Shown: positions 57,071 through 64,000 of the stretch, piece after piece
Layout: each line of letters starts with the position of its first letter
How positions within the stretch are numbered: the first letter of the stretch is position 1
The notes under the pieces: model-generated
What the model was told of the DNA's origin: nothing
Database searches by the model: none
The model's input: only the letters and a program-made list of their open reading frames with translations
Assembly (NCBI RefSeq): GCF_009914755.1
Contig: NC_060928.1
Strand: one strand, 5' to 3'
DNA from: the human T2T-CHM13v2.0 reference genome, Homo sapiens
Length of the DNA: 64,000 bases
Program-made: the position numbers and the translations under genes

Positions 57071-59394
57071 AATGGATTCAAATATGAAGAAGTTAAATAA
57101 TGTATTCAAAGTCACTTACCTGTATAGTTAACTAAAGTTAATACAATATGTTATTGAATTACAGTAAGTATAATGTAAAAATTATTACTAATTAGCCTTT
57201 CATTATTAGACTCAATCCAAGTGACTGTTTCAAATCAAAAGTGAATTTGAACCAGTTAAATAAAATGGAATATTTAAAATATGATACTTAATCTGAATCC
57301 ACAATACATTTTTTGTATTTGTTGGGGAAGTTGATTAAACTATTTTTGTGTTTACATCTAGTCTTTAAGTCAGTGATTAATTTGGTGGTTTCTTTAATCC
57401 ATCTTTATTTTTAACAGGTCAAGGGAGGAATAAATGGAGAATAATTTTTTTTTAAAGTGAACAATTAAAAAAATAAAAATGTCATCCTCTTTTTTTTTTT
57501 TTTTTTTTGATAAACACCATACTGTTCCATCCTATATAGTCAAACCAGGAGGAGACACCACTTAAAAAATGTGAATGAATGTTAAACATTTCTTATCAAA
57601 CTTCCAGATATAATTTGGTCCTAAAATACTGTTCATTTATTAGCTGAAAATCTCTGAAAAAAGCACCAACACGAGACAACTTGTGCTAAGACTTCTAGAT
57701 TTGAAAGTTTTAAAGTATTTTAATCCACACCTTAAGTTTCTTCCTCTCACTTCAGGCTTAGTTCTCTCACTCCTTTTCTCTCTCTTTAAGTGCTGTGTCT
57801 CAACTTCAGGCAAGATCTAACATAGAAACTGATGAAAATTTTAAAAAGTTCTTCCACCCCACTTGGTGCTGTGGGATTTCGGTAACAGACAGTATTGAAA
57901 TCAACATGTTTGGTACAATTTATTTTTTATTTGAATTTGTTAGCATTAGCAAATTTGTGAATCCTTTAGTAGAAACATCTAATTGTGAGTGTACAACATG
58001 TACATCTTGAAACGTGTACGTAGCTCAGCCTGAAAGAGAAACTGTTCTATGCTTATTTCTTCCCCAAGGTCAAGAGAAGATCAAAAGTTAACATGTCTTA
58101 GGAAGCCCTTTGATTCATTTTGATGTCCATTTTCATGATCAACTTTTAGTGACATGCAGCTGAATGATAATTAAAGACTCTTAGCATCTCTTTAGGGAGG
58201 CTTTCAAATGTCAAATGCCCAGGCACAGAGTATGCATAAAATGTCTTCTCCAAAGATCACAGTAAAATGTAAAGATAATAAATTGAACATTTGCTACTGA
58301 GGTTCCTACTGAGACTTCAGGACAGCTATTAAAATTAGTTTCCCCAATAATTTACATATTAATACCATGAAATATTCACTATATTAACTTTTTGATTAAA
58401 TTTTGGTCACCTATGATAATTTGTTTTAATAATTTTAGGAATAGCAATCCCTTAAAATGATCAATTGTGAACAGCATTTAACATTTAAGTGACAGCCTTC
58501 TATCTCCTGAACTATTTCTCAGTAATTTACTTAATTTAAAAAATAATTCAATGGTTCTCATTGCCTTAATTAAACTTTAGAGGAGTTAAAAAAAACTAGA
58601 AGATAATTTTTCCATTGTGTTATTTTTTGTTATACTAAAAAGTTATGTTATGAAAAAAATCTGGGTGAAACATAGTTTAATATGCTTTTCTTTGATGGAG
58701 TTTCTGACAGCCTTTAAAATGCTAATATTCATCATGAATCTCTAAGGAAGCGGGGGATGGGGAATACAGCATTTTCCACATTTGTTTGACACTTTTGAGA
58801 AAAGAGACCTCAAGGGACTGTTCTGTAGAAAGAACATGTTTTGGGAAAAGCTGATACAGAAGATGTTTGAGTTTCTGTTTACACATTTAAGGACATAGTC
58901 ATAGAATATAGAAGTGTCAAAATTTTGTTAGGTTATAAAAATGTGTTATCTTAGGGTGAAGGAATCTCATGTGAAGTAGATGGAAAATGTGAGATATTTT
59001 CATATTTAAACCAAAACTAGAACCTAAGCCCTAAGTTTTCTGATTGTGAGGTGATGGCTTAACAGATTATCCTTGAACACAGTTCCTTTGTATGTACTTG
59101 ACTTAGCGCGGCAGATGAAAGCAGAAATTCTGGTCATCTTAGCTCTGAGAAAATCATCAGTGATACAGGAAGATGATTGACCTGGGAGGAGAGGTGTGTT
59201 GGGAGCCAAAGGAAGATCTGTACCTTGGATTCTACATGTTGAGGCCTATCGTCTCTGAATCTTGGGGTTATGAATCATCTTGATGTATCCCAAGCTAGGC
59301 TGAGAGTTTACCAAAATGATTTTTCCATAGAAGGACTAGAAGACAGAAGACCTCCAATATGATGTTGGGTGGTAACATGATAAAATGTACTATT

Positions 59395-59651
59395 TCTACT
59401 AATAATTCTATGTCTTGAGTGCTATGTGCTTGACACTGTGCTAAAGTGCTTTCTGTGGCTTGTTTCATACCATGCTCAAACAGCACCTTAGGTCGGTTAA
59501 ATTTCTATTCTCATTTTTAGATAAGATAACTGAGGGCTGGAAAAGTTGCATGTCTTTTCTAGATCTCACACTTCTAGATCTCACTAAGAAGTGAGAGCCT
59601 GGACAAGAATACAGGAAGTCTGACTTTAAAGCTCATTATTCTTAACTGCTA
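59395..59651 (-). mobile_element. MIR, near full length
   Basis: TGAGTGCTATGTGCTTGACACTGTGCTAAAGTGCTTT...CATTTTTAGATAAGATAACTGAGG...GTCTGACTTTAAAGCTC. Confidence 0.8.
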
Positions 59652-60049
59652 GGGGTTTGCCTTTTATGTTGTCTTACCATCAATAATAAAGTTTCCAGCA
59701 ACAAAGTTTGTCATTGGCAGGTCTCTCTTTATTAAATGGAGGCACCTCTGTGGCTACAGATGTCCAAATTTCTTGAATATTTATTTATTAATTAGTATTT
59801 CAACATGAAATTTCATTCCATTCGTTGCCAAGATTTGACACTGTAACTTGTGTTTGTATCTGAGGTTTGGGGAGGTAAAAGATGGTCTTAGCCAAGAAGA
59901 TTGAAAAAAAATTGTGCTTGTTAAGAAGAAAGTGAATCTTCTTTAGAAAACAGCAGGAAGATGAGTGAAAAAAATTAATAAGTATTTTATTAACTCAAGG
60001 GACATGCATAAGAGCTCCATGGGGTAAATGTTGAAATAGTATTCACGTA

Positions 60050-63000
60050 TTATTTTCCCCAACTCGTGTTGAGGATTTTTTTTTTTTTTTACTTGGGCAT
60101 ATTGCATGATGTTGAGGTCTGGGCTACAGACGATCCTGTCACCTGGGGAGTGAGCATAGTACCCGATAGGTAGCTTTTCAATCCTTGCCCTCCATATTCC
60201 CCTCCCTCATCTAGTAGTCCCCAGTGTCTATTGTTGCCTTTTTATTTCCATGCTCGCCCCATGTTCAGCTCCCACTTATAAGTGAGGACATGCAGTATTT
60301 GGTTTTCTATTCCTGAATGAATTTGCTAAGGATAATGACCTCCAGCTGCGTTGCTGGTGCTGAAAAGAACATGATTTTATTCTTTTTTATGGGTGTATAG
60401 TCTACCATGGTGCATTTGTACCACATTTTCTTTATCCAATCCACTGTTGATTGGCATCTTGGTTGATTCCATGTCTTTGGTATTGTGAGTAGTGCTGTGA
60501 TGAACATATGAGTACATATGTCTTTTGGGTAGAAGGATTTATTTTCTTTTGGATGTATGCACAGTAATGGGGTTGCTGGGTCAAATGGTAGTTCTGTTCT
60601 AAGTTCTTTGAGAATCTCCAAACTGCTTTCCACAGTGGCTAAACGAATTTCCATTCCCATCAGCAGCGCATAGACATTCCCTTTTCTCCACAGCGTTGCC
60701 AGAATCTGTTGTTTTTGACTTTTTAACCATAGCCATTCTGACTGGTGTGAGAGGGTATCTCATTGTGATTTTGATTGGCAGTTCTCCAGTGATTAGTGAT
60801 GTTGAGCAGTTTTTCATACTTTTTGGCTGCCTGTATGTCTTCCTTTGAGAAGTGTCTGTTCATGTCCTTTGTCCACTTTTTAATGGGGTTATTTGTTTTT
60901 GGCTCAATGATTTGCTTAAGTTCCTTGTAGATTCTGGAGGTTAGACCTTTGTCAGATGCATAGTTTGTGAATATTTTCTCCCGTGCTGTAGGTTGACTGT
61001 TTACTCTGTTGATAGATTCTTTTGTTGTGCAAAAGCTCTTTAGTTTTATTCAATCCTACTTGTCAATTTTTGTTTTTGTTACAAATGCTTTTGAGGACTT
61101 GGTCATAAATTTTTTCTCAAGGCCTATGTCCAGAATTGTATTTCCTAGATGTTCTTCTAGATTTTCATAGTTTGAGGCCTTACATTTAAATCTTTAATCT
61201 ATCTTTTTTTTTTTTGTATATGGTGAAATGTAGAGGTCCAGTTTTAATCTTTCGCATACAGGTAGCCAGCTGTCCCAACACCATTTATTGAATAGGGAGT
61301 CCTTTCCTTATTGCTTTTTTAAATCAACTTTGTTGAAGAGCAGATGGCTGTTGGTGTGTGGCTTTATTTCTCAATTATCTTTTCTGTTCCATTAGTCTAT
61401 GTGTCTGTTTTTATACTGGTACCATGCTGTTTTAATTACTGTAGTCTTACAGTATAGTTTGAAATGAGGTATTGCAGTGCTTTGGCTTTGTTCTTTTTGC
61501 TTAGAATTGCTTTGGTTATTTGGGCTCTTGTTTGGTTCCATATGCATTTTAGAATTTTTTTTTTTCTAATTTTGTGAAAAATGACTTTGGTATTTTGATA
61601 GGAATAGCATTCAGTGCCCATTGCTTTGGGCAGTTTAGGCATTTTAATGATATTAATTCTTCCACTCCATGAGCATGGAATGTTTTTCCATTTGTGTGTG
61701 TCATCTGTTATTTCTTTCAGCAGAAATAACATTCTACAATTTCATTGTAGAGGTCTTTTACCTCCTGAATTAGCTGTATTCCTAGGTATTTTATTCTTTT
61801 TGTGGCTATTATAAATGGAATTGACCTTTTGATTTGGCTCTCGGCTTGAAAATTATTGGTGTATAGAAATGCTACTGATTTTTTTACATTTATTTTGTAT
61901 TCTGAAACTTTACCTAAATTGTTTAACAGTTCCAGGAGCCTTTTGGCAGAGTCTTTAGGGTTTTCTAGGTGTAGAATCATATGATCAGCAAAGAGGGATA
62001 ATTTAACTTTTTCTTTTTCTGTTTGGTTGCCATTTATTTCTTTCTCTTGCCTAACTCCTCTGGCTAGGACTTTCAGTACTATGTTGAATGGGAGTGCTGA
62101 GAGTGGGCATCCTTTTTTTTTGTTCCATTTCTCAAGGGGAATGCTTCCAGCTTTTGCCTACTCAGTGTGATATTGGCTGTGCGTTTGTCAGAAATGGTTT
62201 TTATTTTGAGGTGTGCTCCCTTGGTGCCTAGTTTGTTGAGGGTTTTAAGTTATAAATGGATGTTGGATTTTATTGAAGACTTTTTCATGTCTATTGAGGT
62301 GACTGACCATATACCTTTTGTTTTTAATTCTGTTTATGTGGTAAATTACATTTATTGATTTGTGCATGTTGAACCAACCTTGCCTCCCAGGAATGAAGCC
62401 TACTTAATCATGTGGAATTAATTTTCTATGTGCTGCTGGATTTGGTTTGCTAATATTTTGAGAATTTTTACATTTATGTTTATGAGAGATATTGGCCTGT
62501 AGTGTTTTTGTTGTTGTTGCTTTTGTGTCTTTGCCAGCTTTTGGTATCAGGGTGATTCTGGCTTCATAGAGTGAGCCAGAATTTATACTCCTTGGTTTTT
62601 TTGAATAGGTTCAGTAGAATTAGTAGCAGCTCATCTTTGTACTTTTGGTAGAATTTGGCCATGAATCCATCTGGACTGGCGCTTGCTTTGGTTGGTAGGT
62701 TTTTTTAAATTGTTCATTCCACTAACAACTTGATATTGTTTTTAGGGTTTCAATTTCTTCCTGATTCAATTTTGAGAGATTGTGTATTTGCAGGAAAGTA
62801 TCCATTCTCTCTAGATTTTCTAGTGTTGTGCATAGAGGTGTTCATAATAGTCTCTGAGATCTTTTGTATTTCTGTGGGATTGGTTGTAATGCCACCTTTA
62901 TTATTTCTGACTGTGCTTGTTTGGATCCTTTCTCTCCTTTTCCTTGTTAATTCTAGCCAGTGGTCTATTGAGCTTGTTTGTCCTTTCAAAGAACCAGCTT

Positions 63001-64000
63001 TTGGTTTACTTGATTCTTTATATAGATTTTGGGGCATCAATTTCCAGTTCTGCTCTGATTTAAGTTATCTTTTTTTCTTCTGCTAGCTTTGTGGTTAGTT
63101 TGTTTTTGTTTTTCTATTTCCTCAAGGTGTGATGTTAGATCATTCATTTGAGATCTTTCTGACTTTTTAATGTAGACATTTAGTGCTATAAACTTGCCTC
63201 TTAACACTGCTTTTGGTGCCTCCTAGAGATTTTTGGTTATTGTGTCTTTGTTTTCATTTATTTCAAAGAATTTTTTGATTTCTGCCTTAATTTCTTTGTT
63301 TTCCCAAAATTCACTCAGTAGCAAGTTGTTTAATTTTCATGTAACTGTATGGTTTTCGAAGATCTTCTTGGCGTTGATTTCTGTTTTTATTCTACTGTGA
63401 TCCAAAAGTATGGTTGGTATGATATTGCCTTTTCTGTATTTATTGGGACTTGTTTTATGGCCAAGCATGTGTACGATCTTGGAGCATGTACTATGTGCAG
63501 ATGAGAACACTGTATTCTGCGGTCAATGGATGGAATATTCTGTAGATGTCTATTAGGTCCAGTTGATCAAGTGTTGAAATTAGGTCTGAAATTTGTTTGT
63601 TAGTTTTCTGCTTTAATGATTTGTCTAACACTGTCAGTGGGGTGTTAAACTCTCCACTATTATTGTGTGGCTGTCAAAGTCTTTTCACAGTTCTAAAAAT
63701 AGCTGTTTTATGAATCTGGGTGCTCCAATGTTGGATGCATGTGTATTTAAGATAGTCAAGTCATCTTGTTGAATTGAACCCATTATGTAATGCCCTTCTT
63801 TGTCTGATTTTACTGTTGTTAAAGTCCGCTTTATCTGATATAAGAGCAGTGAGTACTGCTCTTATTATTTTTATTATTATTTTGCTTGCATCACATATCT
63901 TTCTCTAACTCTTTAGTTTGAGCCTATGGGTGTCATTATGTGCGATAAGGGTCTCTTGAAGACAGCAGATGGATTTCTTGTTTTTTTTTTTTTTAATCCA
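60050..64000 (-). mobile_element. L1PA15/16-like element (3' UTR + degraded ORF2), runs off the window end
   Basis: 3' UTR ATATTGCATGATGTTGAGG...GTGAGCATAGTACCCGATAGGTAG; many broken ORF2 peptides ([38 protein letters not shown]). Confidence 0.92.

Noticed and set aside
59557-59584. Tandem TTCTAGATCTCAC x2
   Set aside because: An ordinary slippage duplication inside a MIR.
60076-60090. T-run as a premature poly(A) tail of the L1PA16-like element
   Set aside because: The upstream bases (GTGTTGAGGA-T run-AC) look like a diverged L1 3' UTR TGTGCAGGTTTGTTAC, so an internal T expansion is the simpler explanation.

Overview
This is not prokaryotic DNA. It is AT-rich, CpG-poor primate (very probably human or great-ape) non-coding sequence, either intergenic or deep intronic, and a large part of it is transposon-derived: L1PA, L1M, L2, Alu, MIR, MaLR/ERV LTRs and hAT/Tigger MITEs. 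I can support no host protein-coding exon, RNA gene, CRISPR array or CpG island, and I cannot name the locus. The only long ORFs are broken L1 ORF2 pieces. I found no new biological system. The best observation is a composite L1PA2-like insertion at 1964-5050. One 10-bp TSD (ACAAATCTTT) encloses a twin-primed 5' inversion, the L1 3' end, and about 610 bp of apparently 3'-transduced DNA (old L1MA tail with a nested AluJ) ending in AATAAA-15nt-A16. A second L1-on-L1 composite inside an MLT1C LTR (21996-23658) may also be a transduction. Other notable items are a full two-LTR THE1D element, an LTR12F solo LTR with intact promoter motifs, and a dense E-box cluster at 39098-39207. Repeat subfamily names come from recalled consensus sequences and need RepeatMasker/Dfam confirmation. 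Boundaries of old repeats are approximate.
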